Below, in pieces: positions 12,520 to 42,442 of a stretch of DNA of 64,000 nucleotides (positions within the stretch are counted from its first letter, which is position 1; every line of letters begins with the position of its first letter). A model generated the notes under the pieces. The model made no database searches, was not told the origin of the DNA, and saw only the letters and a program-made list of their open reading frames with translations. This stretch comes from Macrostomum hystrix. Lineage: Eukaryota; Animalia; Platyhelminthes. The stretch lies in the NCBI GenBank assembly GCA_950097015.1, contig CATNEN010000003.1:12214001-12278000 (forward strand). Direction: 5' to 3'. The translations under genes and the position numbers were made by a program.

Positions 12520-13400
12520 AAATGGGAAGAAAGGGGAATAATGTGGAATGGGAATAATGTGGAATGGGAATAATGTGGAATGGGAAGAAAGGGAAATAAT
12601 GTGGAATGGGAATAATGTGGAATGGGAATAATGTGGAATGGGAAGAAAGGGGAATAATGTGGAATGGGAAGAAAGGGGAATAATGTGGAATGGGAAGAAA
12701 GGGGAATAATGTGGAATGGGAAGAAAGGGGAATAATGTGGAATGGGATGAAAGGGGAATAATGTGGAATGGGATGAAAGGGGAATAATGTGGAATGGGAT
12801 GAAAGGGGAATAATGTGGACTAATGTGCAATGGGAAGAAAGGGGAATAATGTGGAATGGGATGAAAGGGGAATAATGTGGAATGGGATGAAAGGGGAATA
12901 ATGTGGAATGGGAAGAAAGGGGAATAATGTGGAATGGGATGAAAGGGAATAATGTGGAATGGGATGAAAGGGAAATAATGTGGAATGGGATGAAAGGGGA
13001 ATAATGTGGAATGGGAAGAAAGTGGAATAATGTGGAATGGGATGAAAGGGGAATCATGTGGAATGGGAAGAAAGGGGAATAATGTCGACTAATGTGCAAT
13101 GGGAAGAAAGGGGAATAATGTGGAATGGGAAGAAAGGGGAATAATGTGGACTAATGTGGAATGGAAAGAACGAGCTAAGATTTGGAAATGGAAAAAATGG
13201 GGATAATGTGGAATGGGAAGAAAGGGGAATAATATGGAATGAGATGAAAGGGAAATAATGTAGAATGGAAAGAAACGGGAATAATTTGGAATGGGAAGAA
13301 AGGGGAATAGTGTCGAGTGGGAAGAAAGGGGAATAATATGGAACGAGAAGAATTCTTCTTATTCCCAATTAATTGGGAATAATGCGGAATGGAAAGAACG
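12520..13400. repeat. Purine-rich 26/17-bp minisatellite
   Basis: GGGGAATAATGTGGAATGGGA[A/T]GAAA units. Confidence 0.92.
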
Positions 13401-13844
13401 GGAAATAATGTGGTCCGGAAATAAAGGGAAGCATGAGAAATAAGGAGACACAGAAAAAAACGAGAAAAGGAGAAGAAATATAACGTTGTCAATATTAACA
13501 AAAAAATACGAAATTTTATTAAACCAAAAAATTTATATGAAAACGATACTAACGGCAATCGCTACAATGAGTATATATCAATACTGATGGTCCTAAGTAA
13601 ATAAGCGACAGGAATACATTAAAACACAAATATCTAATCTTATATATATTAGATATAATAAATAGTTATAGAAAGGTTTATAAAAAACCATACAAATTTT
13701 ACTGCGCATTACTAACCAAATATAATATTGATAAAAATAATTATAATAGTCGCGAACCTAAAAAAGCTGACAACCTTAAAAAACGGCCGAAAAATCTGAT
13801 CCTGTTCAGAAACCTCAAATAATTAAATTGTAAACAGAAAATTT

Positions 13845-31483
<17,639 letters not shown>

Positions 31484-32624
31484 GAAGCACCCAATGGTGA
31501 CTGCTTGAATAGTATGGCTAATAAGATGACAGTCTTGAATTTCTCGAGTCTCAAATACTTCTGATGTAGTTACAATGAGCTTTTTCCTTAAACACTTGAT
31601 GCAGTCGTTTTTTTAGTTTTAGCTTATTTAAAAAGACTCAGATATGCTGAAATTTAGTGTAAGGAATGGCTGTCTTTTATGACAAATTTTAATTTTAATT
31701 ATGACAAAATCTGATTTAATAATAATGGTTCTCATCAATAGTCTCTACAATATGCTGAATTTCATATGCCTGAGTACAATGACCTGCCAGAGTTAATTTG
31801 AGACTTCTACAATTTGAGATTGTGCAAAGCTCCAACAGCAACAATTGTTGGTGTTACTCAACAAGCTTGTTTTTTGCAACCAGAAGAGGCTTTCAATATC
31901 TATTAAGTAATAGAATTACTTGACTGTCAGTAAACCCCCACTAGATCCCCAACTACTGCCAACCATACATGCGCAACCTCCCAAATCTTAGCTGGCCATG
32001 TGACTTAGTTTTTGCTCTATTTACGACTTAGTTTGCTCTCATTTGCTCTCTTTTTCTCTCCCTTTTTCCTTTTCTTCACGCCTTCCTTTTTGTCCCTTCG
32101 TCCCCCTTTGATTTTTTTGCGCTTGGTCGATTGGGTTTTGCGACTTACCTTGCCTGGCCCTCATTTCACCTGGCTGGTTTGGCCGGGTCTGCTGGGTGTT
32201 GTGCATGTATGCTGCCAACCTCACATCTACCCACCCCAAGCTATCCAAAAGAAGACTTAGGGTGGTTATTCCACCCTAACCCCCACCTCTAGCTGTGTGA
32301 ATAATAAATAGGATTAAACTTCAATAGAGGCATCAGAACCTTTTGAAAATAAATTCTATTTATTCTAGGGTTGACTAAGCAACTGGCTAGAAATCTGTGG
32401 TTGAAAAAGTGACCAAGTTTTCTTGGATATTTTGTCAAGTAGTTTTCAATTGGTTGCAGAGTGCAACATTCAACATGATTATGACAAATATTAAATGCAT
32501 TTAGCTTTTACTTTATACATTGCTACTTTAGTCCCCTACCAGTCCTCCCTCTTTTTCTCTCAAAATGATGTGCAAGTAAAATTATGACTGACTACAATGT
32601 ACATGTAATTGTACGCGTACATGT

Positions 32625-32805
32625 GGCAGTGGCAGATCATTTAGTGACACTAGACCCACAGCCAGCGGGGAGGCAATTCTGCCCATTTTGCTGACTCCTA
32701 AGCACACATGCACACAGATACTGTATGCAGGCATATGCTCACATATGTGTGTACATATGTGCTTACTTTGTGTGTACTTTCTTATTGTCAGGCAGTGTAC
32801 ATTTT
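32625..32805 (-). mobile_element. SINE family A fragment (CpG-decayed)
   Basis: Inverse partner of the 32911 copy. Confidence 0.82.
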
Positions 32806-32910
32806 ACAGAATCAGACAATACAAAAATGATAACAAATAACAACTATATTCTTGCAATGAAGCTCATGTTTTTGTTAATTTTTTTCATAGACAAGTAGTA
32901 TTTATGTTTA

Positions 32911-33245
32911 GGGGGGTCGGTGGCAGAGCAGTTATTGAATTTGCCTCTTGCACCACAGTCCCTAAGATCAATTACATGGCGAGGCCACATTTATTTGGGG
33001 CACAGCCACAAAAAGAAGGCTTGGGGGCTTGTTGTGCAATTTATGCCCTTGAGGGCCAACCTCCAAGGAACAGTGAAATGTACACGGCCTGAAAATGAGA
33101 AAGTCAGGGCAGATGTACACACATATGTGAGCGTATGCCTTCATACAGTATCCGTGTGCATGTGTGCTCAGGAGTCAGCAAAATGGGCAGAATTGCCTCC
33201 CCACTGGCTGTGAGTCTAGTGTCACTAAATGATCTGCCACTGGCA
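32911..33245 (+). mobile_element. SINE family A, full-length head and body (CpG-decayed); tail displaced to ~33830-33870
   Basis: Colinear with the 53750 copy; its 3' end is interrupted by the Merlin insertion. Confidence 0.88.
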
Positions 33246-33253
33246 GTGAGCTT

Positions 33254-33727
33254 GGCAATATTCTACTTCCGTTCGTTATATTATTTTTTCATTTGAATTC
33301 GTGCCACACGTGCATTCTGAGTTTGAAAAGTTGTGCTGACGTGGCTTTGCCGTGACTTGACACTTGGATCTATGTCTATGGCAAAATCTGGCAAATATGG
33401 GGAAACAGGAAGCTAAGGCACAGAATTCTGCAGCTGAAGATTTTGCTAAGGCCAAGCTGCGTCAAATGCATGGCACGAGTGCTGCTCTATTCAAAAGCCA
33501 CCTCGAAGAATTCTTATGGCGCTGTCTATACCCCAAGAATAGCTTCGGTCGCCTCCTCTACTGGATTAGGCACTTACCCGGTTTGAAAGAAGAAAGACTG
33601 ACCAAGACTTTTCAGAACTGTCTGACCAAACTACGACTTTTTGTTACCGTTAAACTTGTTTTTTTTGTCGTTATCTGTCGTTTGCAAACAAAAAAAATAA
33701 TACAACGAACGGAAGTAGAACATTGCC
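33254..33727 (+). mobile_element. Internally deleted Merlin (IS1016/IS1595-related) DNA transposon
   Basis: ~35-bp TIRs GGCAAT[A/G]TTCTACTTCCGTTCGTT[A/G]TATTATTTTT, 8-bp TSD GTGAGCTT/ATGAGCTT, residual transposase C-terminus AKAKLRQMHGTSAALFKSHLEEFLWR. Confidence 0.82.
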
Positions 33728-35929
33728 ATGAGCTTTTTACTGCCAGGGGTTAGCGATATGGGCAGCATCAGCCGCCTCCTCGCTGCGTCCGTCATGGAGG
33801 CTCCCTGCCGCTAAGTCAAAGAGCTTTTTACTGCCTGCAGCCCTCGTGCAATTATTATTATTATTTCATTATTGTTTATGTGTATTTGTATGTAAAAATA
33901 GTTAAATCAAGACTATTTTTTTTGTTTTTCTTAAAAATTATGAGCCTTCAGAAAATCTGCCCTGACTGACTAATTAATAATTGTAATATATATTTTCAGT
34001 TACAGGTAAGCTACAATCAGATAGACAGTGGGTAAAGTTTCAAGTCAAGTTGAGAACCTAAATTATTTTATAGGATCAAAGTTTAAGAAGCCCAAACAAA
34101 ATGAAATATATATTGTAACTTTATTATAACAATACCTTTTGGCATTTAAATACAAACCAGTCTTTGACTTTGTGCCTTGCACCCAGACTAAGTAGTATAT
34201 TATACAGAGCAATATAGAGTATGCATACTGTTACTGCATAATTGGCTACTTGACAGTGACTAGAGTCCAAATCCAGATGGCCTAATTGGCTAGTTGACAA
34301 AGTGAACAAATATAAGGATGAGTCCAGTTGATGAATTGGCTGTTAGCAATTGGCTAGTTGGCAGTAAACAAAGTGACCAGCACTGGAAATGTTAAAGTAT
34401 TTGATATGATTTAAGTTGAAGTCAAGAAGACATGTCATTTAAAATTTAAAAAAACATGAAAATCACATGAATGCTACTTTACTTCTTTTAGTTTTAACTT
34501 TTAATGGTATGATTAATCAACAAGCAATTTATGAACTGTTATATGGCTTAGACAGGATGCCTGTTTGTGTTTATCCAATAAATGATTAATGAGAATAAAG
34601 AGATTAAATAGATAAGCATATTGCTATCAATATACTTCTAAGAATATAATACATAAATAACTAGATCGACAGATCGTGGCTTTGGCTTGAGGTCTTGACT
34701 TAAGAATTGATTAAAGCTAAAGGTTCAGCTATTCAATGTGGGTGATTGTGAGGTTACTTGACAAAAAAATGAAAGCATGAGTGTGACTAAACAAAAAATA
34801 GACCTAAGCCTAATAGATTCAAATTTGTGCAAAAGAAGATGCTAAGATTGAGCTATGGGTGGATGGAGTTGATATTATCAAATATGATCGGCCTCTACAG
34901 CGATGGAATATTTTTAAATACGCGCCTAAATAGATTCTACGAAACACAATATCGTAATCGTGACCTTGTTCTGAGAATTTCTTTCGACGAATTCTGTTGT
35001 TTTATTCTATATGCACATTACGGTGTAGAGTTTGAATACCAAAAAACTAGCACACTTTTTGATTTATATGAAATTAGGCCTGTATTTGTTAATGGTTTGT
35101 ATTAACGAATTCGACTTATTCAAAAAGAGTTAAAACTGTTGTGGAAATTGTAATTTTGCAGTTTTCTAAAAAAGAACCTGGGTATTTAGTTTGTTTCACA
35201 ATGAAGGCTTTGAGCGTGGCGTGCACGTATATTCATACTGACAGCATATAAATTTTAAAACGCACTGTTAACCGAATTTTGCGACAGAAGCAATTTAATA
35301 TCGATTTATTATCGAAACATTACACGCAAAATGCAATGCTTAGAGCTGAGGAGAATTTGGGTTAGTGCCGGCGCCTCATTAAAAGTGTCCATCCAGTAGA
35401 AGAAGTGTATTAACTATTTGCAAAGCTATTTATAAAGCTGCATACAGCATATGGTTTAAACAGGGATTTTCTGGATTTTTTGTTAGGCAACGTGTGGAAC
35501 TAAAAAGGCGGCATGCAGCATTTGGTTACTGATATGAACGAAAGCATGTACATGAGCAAAACTGCATAAAGAACAAGAGCACCCAGGCCGTTGGAACGAC
35601 AGGTCCAAGTTGATAATATACCATATGCACTCTGAGCAAATTCTGAGCGATTCAATTGTAATCAAGAAAAAAGAGCTGCATATGGCGCGAGTTTGCGTTC
35701 GCAATTACACGAGCCGTTCTACATCTGCAATACTCTATAAATGGGATATTATGGTACATGAATTATACTTAAGCAAATTTATTCTTCATATTTACCTCAG
35801 TATGATCAGATGTTTCTATATAATGCATAAAAACATTAGGGAACGCCATGGAGAAGGCGAGACTGACAAGATAAAACTGGCCGGAGACATAGATGCAGTT
35901 TGAGATATGATGGGCAATTTTGAGACAGC

Positions 35930-36130
35930 AAGGGGAGAGATAAGAACAAGAAAGCAATAGGACCGGGGAGATTAGAGACAAGGGAGAGATGAGAAAGGGG
36001 AGAGATGAGACGGGGAGAGATAAGAGAAGGGAGAGAGATGAGAAAGGGGAGAGGTGAGACGGGGAGAGATAAGAGAAGGGAGAGAGATGAGACAGGGGAG
36101 AGATGAGACAGGGGGAGAGATAAGACATGG
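35930..36130. repeat. GA-rich ~16-bp degenerate repeat
   Basis: GGGAGAGATGAGA-type units, related to the 37160 array. Confidence 0.8.
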
Positions 36131-36357
36131 TAGAGATTTGATAGCTAGGGGAAAGATAAGACGAGTAAGAAGGGAAACGGGAGAGATAATACCGAGGAGA
36201 TATGAGGCCAGGTCGTAGTGATGAGACAGTAGAGTAATGGATTGATATGAATTAAGGGAAGAGAGTTGAAATATTGTAGCGAATAGACGAGAACGAAAAG
36301 GCGATTAGAAATGATTCGTTGATTCGTAAACAACCATATTATTAAGAAAATTAGTGT

Positions 36358-36825
36358 TTAACATGTGCCTCCTTCCTCTGCCAGGTATTCAAATTGTAAT
36401 TCATTGTGATTTAGTATGAATCGACCAGGCGTTGACACTACATGCTCAGTATCAATAACTTCACTAGGCCACTCAACTCTCTTCAGAGTTATCTTGCTGT
36501 CTTTCAAAATACGGTGAGGCACCTGGATAAACGTGATCGTTGTTGATTCTCCACCCTTGCAGTCAACGAGTTGGCCGATCTCTGTTTCCAGTTTTAGCAT
36601 GCTTCGTGTGGTGCCAATACCATCGTAATCACGGATGAAGACTGGCTCGTCCAGTTTCAAAGATAAGAGCACATTAGTGAAGGGTCTGGAAATAAATTTT
36701 GCGCTGTAGAAAGTTATCCAGAACCACTCTGTACCGTTTGGACAATCTACCAGCCTGCCATTGGTTGGTGTCAGCAACACAGTAAAACAGCACGCGAGTA
36801 ATAGAATGTAAATTTTGTTATTCAT
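36358..36825 (-). CDS. Intronless secreted protein of unknown function (155 aa)
   Basis: ATG-initiated ORF with hydrophobic signal peptide (IYILLLACCFTVLLTPTNG), non-repetitive sequence, terminal Cys; alignable to the ORF at 43508. Confidence 0.75.
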   Translation of the reverse strand: MNNKIYILLLACCFTVLLTPTNGRLVDCPNGTEWFWITFYSAKFISRPFTNVLLSLKLDEPVFIRDYDGIGTTRSMLKLETEIGQLVDCKGGESTTITFIQVPHRILKDSKITLKRVEWPSEVIDTEHVVSTPGRFILNHNELQFEYLAEEGGTC

Positions 36826-37159
36826 TCTTTATCTAAAATTTATGAATGTGTACATATGTCAATACCTTTTTTCTCTGTAATCTTGTATAAAAACATTTTG
36901 CTTGTAGAGATAGGACTCTACAATAGTTCAAAGCAACTCACAGATTATTGGCTGATCCGCGACTTTCAAATAGTTTTTTCAAATATTTTATGATTAACTG
37001 CACAGTAATCTTGTTAATAACTGCATTTCAGTCGGCTCAGTTTTCCTAATTCATGATACATCGATTGATCCAACAATTATTAAATTGAACTGCCTAAAGC
37101 TAATTGTCTATGGCAACTGGGCATAGAGTATGGAAATTTGATTCTTTCAAATATACAAC

Positions 37160-39735
37160 ACTGGAGAGATGAGACTGGAGAGATGAGACACTGGAGAGAT
37201 GAGACACTGGAGAGATGAGACTGGAGAGATGAGACACTGGAGAGATGAGACACTGGAGAGATGAGACACTGGAGAGATGAGACTGGAGAGATGAGACACT
37301 GGAGAGATGAGACACTGGAGAGATGAGACTGGAGAGATGAAACTGGAGAGATGAGACACTGGAGAGATGAGACACTGGAGAGATGAGACACTGGAGAGAT
37401 GAGACTGGAGAGATGAGACACTGGAGAGATGAGACACTGGAGAGATGAGACTGGAGAGATGAAACTGAAGAGATGAGACACTGGAGAGATGAGACTGGAG
37501 AGATGAAACTGGAGAGATGAGACACTGAAGAGATGAGACTGGAGAGATGAGACACTGGAGAGATGAGACTGGAGAGACGAGACACTGGAGAGATGAGACA
37601 CTGGAGAGATGAGACACTGCAGGAGAGATGAGACACGGGAGAGATGAGACACTGGAGAGATGAGACACTGGAGAGATGAGACACGGGAGAGATGAGACAC
37701 GGGAGAGCTGAGACACTGGAGAGATGAGACACTGGAGAGATGAGACTCTGGAGAGATGGGACACTGAAGAGATGAGACACTGGAGAGATGAGACTGGAGA
37801 GATGAAACTGGAGAGATGAGACACTGGAGAGATGAGATACTGGAGAGATAAGACACTGGAGAGATGAGACTGGAGAGATGAGACACTGGAGAGATGAGAC
37901 ACTGGAGAGATGAGACTGGAGAGATGAAACTGGAGAGATGAGACACTGGAGAGATGAGACTGGAGAGATGAAACTGGAGAGATGAGACACTGAAGAGATG
38001 AGACTGGAGAGATGAGATACTGGAGAGATGAGACTGGAGAGACGAGACACTGGAGAGATGAGACACTGGAGAGATGAGACACTGCAGGAGAGATGAGACA
38101 CGGGAGAGATGAGACACTGGAGAGATGAGACACTGGAGAGATGAGACACGGGAGAGATGAGACACGGGAGAGCTGAGACACTGGAGAGATGAGACACTGG
38201 AGAGATGAGACTCTGGAGAGATGGGACACTGAAGAGATGAGACACTGGAGAGATGAGACTGGAGAGACGAGACACTGGAGAGATGAGACACTGGAGAGAT
38301 GAGACACGGGAGAGATGAGACACAGGAGAGATGAGACACAGGAGAGATTAGACACGGGAGAGATGAGACACTGGAGAGATGAGACGCGGGAGCGATGAGA
38401 CACTGGAGAGACGAGACACGGGAGAGATGAGACACTGGAGAGATGAGACACTGGAGAAATGAGACTGGAGAGATGAGATACTGGAGAGATGAGACACTGG
38501 AGAGATGAGACACAGGAGAGATGAGACACCGGAGAAATGAGACACTGGAGAGATGAGACACTGGAGAGATGAGACACAGGAGAGATGAGACACAGGAGAG
38601 ATGAGACATGGGATAGATGAGACACTGGAGAAATGAGACACTGGAGAAATGAGACACGGGAGAGATGAGGCACTGGAGAGATGAGGCACTGGAGAGATGA
38701 GACACGGGAGAGCTGAGACACTGGAGAGATGAGACACTGGAGAGATGAGACTCTGGAGAGATGGGACACTGAAGAGATGAGACACTGGAGAGATGAGACA
38801 CGGGAGAGATGAGACACAGGAGAGATGAGACACAGGAGAGATTAGACACGGGAGAGATGAGACACTGGAGAGATGAGACACGGGAGCGATGAGACACTGG
38901 AGAGACGAGACTCGGGAGAGATGAGACACTGGAGAGATGAGACACTGGAGAAATGAGACTGGAGAGATGAGATACTGGAGAGATGAGACACTGGAGAGAT
39001 GAGACACAGGAGAGATGAGACACTGGAGAAATGAGACACGGGAGAGATGAGACACTGGAGAGATGAGACACAGGAGAGATGAGACACTGGAGAGATGAGA
39101 CTGGAGAGATGAGACACTGGAGAGATGAGACACTGGAGAGATGAGACTGGAGAGATGAAACTGAAGAGATGAGACACTGGAGAGATGAGACTGGAGAGAT
39201 GAAACTGGAGAGATGAGACACTGAAGAGATGAGACTGGAGAGATGAGACACTGGAGAGATGAGACTGGAGAGACGAGACACTGGAGAGATGAGACACTGG
39301 AGAGATGAGACACTGCAGGAGAGATGAGACACGGGAGAGATGAGACACTGGAGAGATGAGACACTGGAGAGATGAGACACGGGAGAGATGAGACACGGGA
39401 GAGCTGAGACACTGGAGAGATGAGACACTGGAGAGATGAGACTCTGGAGAGATGGGACACTGAAGAGATGAGACACTGGAGAGATGAGACTGGAGAGATG
39501 AAACTGGAGAGATGAGACACTGGAGAGATGAGATACTGGAGAGATAAGACACTGGAGAGATGAGACTGGAGAGATGAGACACTGGAGAGATGAGACACTG
39601 GAGAGATGAGACACTGGAGAGATGAGACACAGGAGAGACGAGACACTGGAGAGATGATAAACGAGAGAGATGAGACACTGAAGAGATGAGACACGGAAGA
39701 GATGAGACAGTGGAGAGATGAGACACTGGAGAGAT
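37160..39735. repeat. 16/14-bp minisatellite array
   Basis: (GAGATGAGAC[AC]TGGA)n with internal block duplications. Confidence 0.96.
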
Positions 39736-40163
39736 AAACAGGGTAGCGTGGGTGTTTGAAGGGGCCAGGGTGTGAATTTCGGAGATCCGAGGGTAGCAAT
39801 GTCGCATCTGGCCGAGGAGCTGAGCAATTAATCATCGTTTTTGGAATACGTACGATGCTAGTTTACGTTTGGTCTAATTTTTTGCTTGAAATTGCAAGTA
39901 TGTTCCTATACCTGACTGCAGATTATGCTTAATACTCAAACAGTTGTAACCAAAAATATGTTCATGTTGGCAGCTATAGACCATGTATTTTTCAAAAAAA
40001 AATTTGTTAAAGAAAAGTTAAAACTCACTTCTTTAAGTAATCGACCGTTGCAAAATCGAAATCAGATTATGACAGAAATGAAAACTTAAATACAAACGAA
40101 AATTCCCTCTTTTTATTTTAAATTTCCTACTGTCTGACATCAGCACCAAAAACAGTGCTCAGT

Positions 40164-41483
40164 TCACAGTTCTGTGTACACGCGAAGCAGAAATGGCAGA
40201 TTCCTGCCATTCAGTGACGATTGAACACTGGGCACAACGGTGTACTGTCCGGGGGGCAGGACAACGCGAAATACTACACCGTGGGCATTGTCGTCAGGAT
40301 GCTGAGACAGCTGAAACACGGGCTGCAACTTCGGGTAGCTGCCTTCGTAGATATCCAAAGCTTTCACAGCAAATCTTCGCTTTTTCTTGGGTATATATCT
40401 TTGGTTAGGTTCTTCTAAACTGATGATGGATGTTGCCACTCCGTCCTGAACTAGCGAACCATCACAAAAATTAATTCTGAACTTGCCGTCAATAAAGAAT
40501 GATTCAATTGTTTGACCTGGAAACCATTCGCCGTAGATGTATTGACCGTTCCACTCAGAGCCATAGACACCATTGTCAAGATTCTTCGCCATGTGAATGA
40601 TGGTTAAATATTCGAAGAACTTCATGAAATCCTTCAGCTTCATCCAGTTCTCTCCATCGTCTTGCTTGACGAGTCCAGCCTTTTGAATTTGCTCAGCCGT
40701 CCACCTGGGGTCATTGTCGCTCCATTTTCCACGCCACTCCGTCTCGCCCAGTGGACCATAGGGATTGCAGATGCGAATTAGGTCCACGAGCTTACCCTTG
40801 TGCTCGACTTGCACAGCGCCAGTGACAACGTATTCATGACCAGAAGTTATGCCGAGGTTTTCAAGATCCTCTCCTTCTACTTCAAAGTGCGAAGACGCTG
40901 AAGCGGAAAGATGCCTGGCGAGGCAGTACTTAATGAGCTCCAGCACTCTATCACTCTCGTCTGGTTTGAGGGAGATCGACTCGCAAACGCCGCCTGTAAG
41001 ATCCGCCATGGCGTCGGACATGTGACCGCCCTTGAGTGACTCGTAGCAGCCGTAGAGTTTGGCTAGGGCCTTCTCCAGTAGGCAGACCCAATACTCGCCG
41101 TCGGCAGCAGCAGCATAGACCAGCTTTCCGTTTTTAGTCGGCAGTCGGTCATCGACTATCACTTCAACCTCTCTACCGAAGGGCCTGAACCGAAACCGGA
41201 ACGCGCCACAGTATCCCGGCCTATCCATCTTCTGGTTGGGCACAACGACCTTCGACAGGAGATCCGGGCGCTGGGTAATGGCGGCCACAGCGGACAAGAT
41301 CCAACAGTTTCCCAGCTCACCTTGGTTGATGTCGAAACGAGAGAACCCATCTTTGATGAATTGCGGGTTCTCGTCGATCTCGTGGGGTCGGAGCCATTTG
41401 TAATCGTGCGGCTTGCGTGAGTAAGAAATTGAAGAATCGTCTGCTGGAAAAGCTTCGTCTTCAAACAGTTCTTCTGCACTCAT
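40164..41483 (-). CDS. Intronless calpain (CysPc + domain III, no EF-hands)
   Basis: FEDEAFPAD, DINQGELGNCWILSA (Cys), VDDRLP, LLEKALAKLYGCYESLKGG, GHEY (His), ICNPYG (Asn), EWRGKWSD, PGQYTVVPS, FLLRVYTE. Confidence 0.93.
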   Translation of the reverse strand: MSAEELFEDEAFPADDSSISYSRKPHDYKWLRPHEIDENPQFIKDGFSRFDINQGELGNCWILSAVAAITQRPDLLSKVVVPNQKMDRPGYCGAFRFRFRPFGREVEVIVDDRLPTKNGKLVYAAAADGEYWVCLLEKALAKLYGCYESLKGGHMSDAMADLTGGVCESISLKPDESDRVLELIKYCLARHLSASASSHFEVEGEDLENLGITSGHEYVVTGAVQVEHKGKLVDLIRICNPYGPLGETEWRGKWSDNDPRWTAEQIQKAGLVKQDDGENWMKLKDFMKFFEYLTIIHMAKNLDNGVYGSEWNGQYIYGEWFPGQTIESFFIDGKFRINFCDGSLVQDGVATSIISLEEPNQRYIPKKKRRFAVKALDIYEGSYPKLQPVFQLSQHPDDNAHGVVFRVVLPPGQYTVVPSVQSSLNGRNLPFLLRVYTEL

Positions 41484-41689
41484 TTCTATTACTGACGCAA
41501 CAAAAAAGTTTTTATTTAACTACCAAAGCTACGCAACCTTAACTTCTTTAGCTTGCCTCTCGACTTTGGCTGCAATCTATAGATTTCGAGATTTCGAGAA
41601 CCCTGAGCCTACGGGGAGTCCGCTCCGTGGCCATAGACATTTCAGTATCATGCAGCTGCGGCACGAAAGCTCTTGTATCGGTAAAAATC

Positions 41690-41956
41690 AGTGGGAAGGA
41701 ATATTGAGGGCGTTCATGCGCTTTTTTGTCGCCAATAAGACAAGCTGGTAGTTAACAAGTGGCTTTCGAGCTGATGTCGAGTTCGCTGTCTTTCGTAGCT
41801 TCGCTGGAACAGGGCCAAGGCCAGAAGGATAGCCAAACACTGACGGAACCGCATTGCCATGTAATCTGGCTCTTTTTAATGTCAGAATCGTCTCCGTAGA
41901 CTTGACAAAGCTTTTTCCATGGAATCGGTGCAATCAAAAGCGCAGCAAGAAGGCAT
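41690..41956 (-). pseudogene. THAP-domain remnant (P-element/THAP transposon-derived)
   Basis: MPSCCAFDCTD N-terminal motif joined out of frame to LKRARLHGNAVPSVFGYP (THAP AVPTIF box); the domain centre is deleted. Confidence 0.65.
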
Positions 41957-42364
41957 TATGGTTTCACATTCCTTAGTTAAAGTCAAATATTTCCTTCGCT
42001 TCATTAAGCCCTCTCCAAAAATAATTTTGTGAAAAATATTATTTGGAACAAAACTTTTTACCATAACTTGCAGCGGGCCCACGTGGATCAACGATGCGTC
42101 TGTCATCGTAGCTGCAGATCATGCAGGCTTGAAACCTAAAATCTGTTGGTAACGGTCTCTACATAGGCATGAAGCTTGATGGCCGTTGAACAGACGGAGT
42201 TGATAGCAGTGGATCAATCGACCAGTACATATTGTCATGTCACTGCCTCACTGGTAGCATGCATAGCAATTCCTCAGGGTAGAAGAGCTAGGCTATAAAA
42301 GAACTCGGGACATGCCTCGGGACAACAATTGAAGTTTATGCATTTTGTGGAATAAAGTGAAAAT

Positions 42365-42442
42365 TGTTCCACTTTTGTCGGGAATCGAACCCCCGACCTT
42401 CAATTCGTGAGTCCGACGCTCTAACCACTAGGCTACAACCAC
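42365..42442 (-). mobile_element. SINE family B head fragment
   Basis: Reverse complement of GGTTGTAGCCTAGTGGTTAGAGCGTCGGACTCACGA...GTTCGATTCCCGAC. Confidence 0.78.

Noticed and set aside
37080-39835. Long Ser/Leu-rich ORFs in three frames
   Set aside because: Translations of a 14/16-bp minisatellite.
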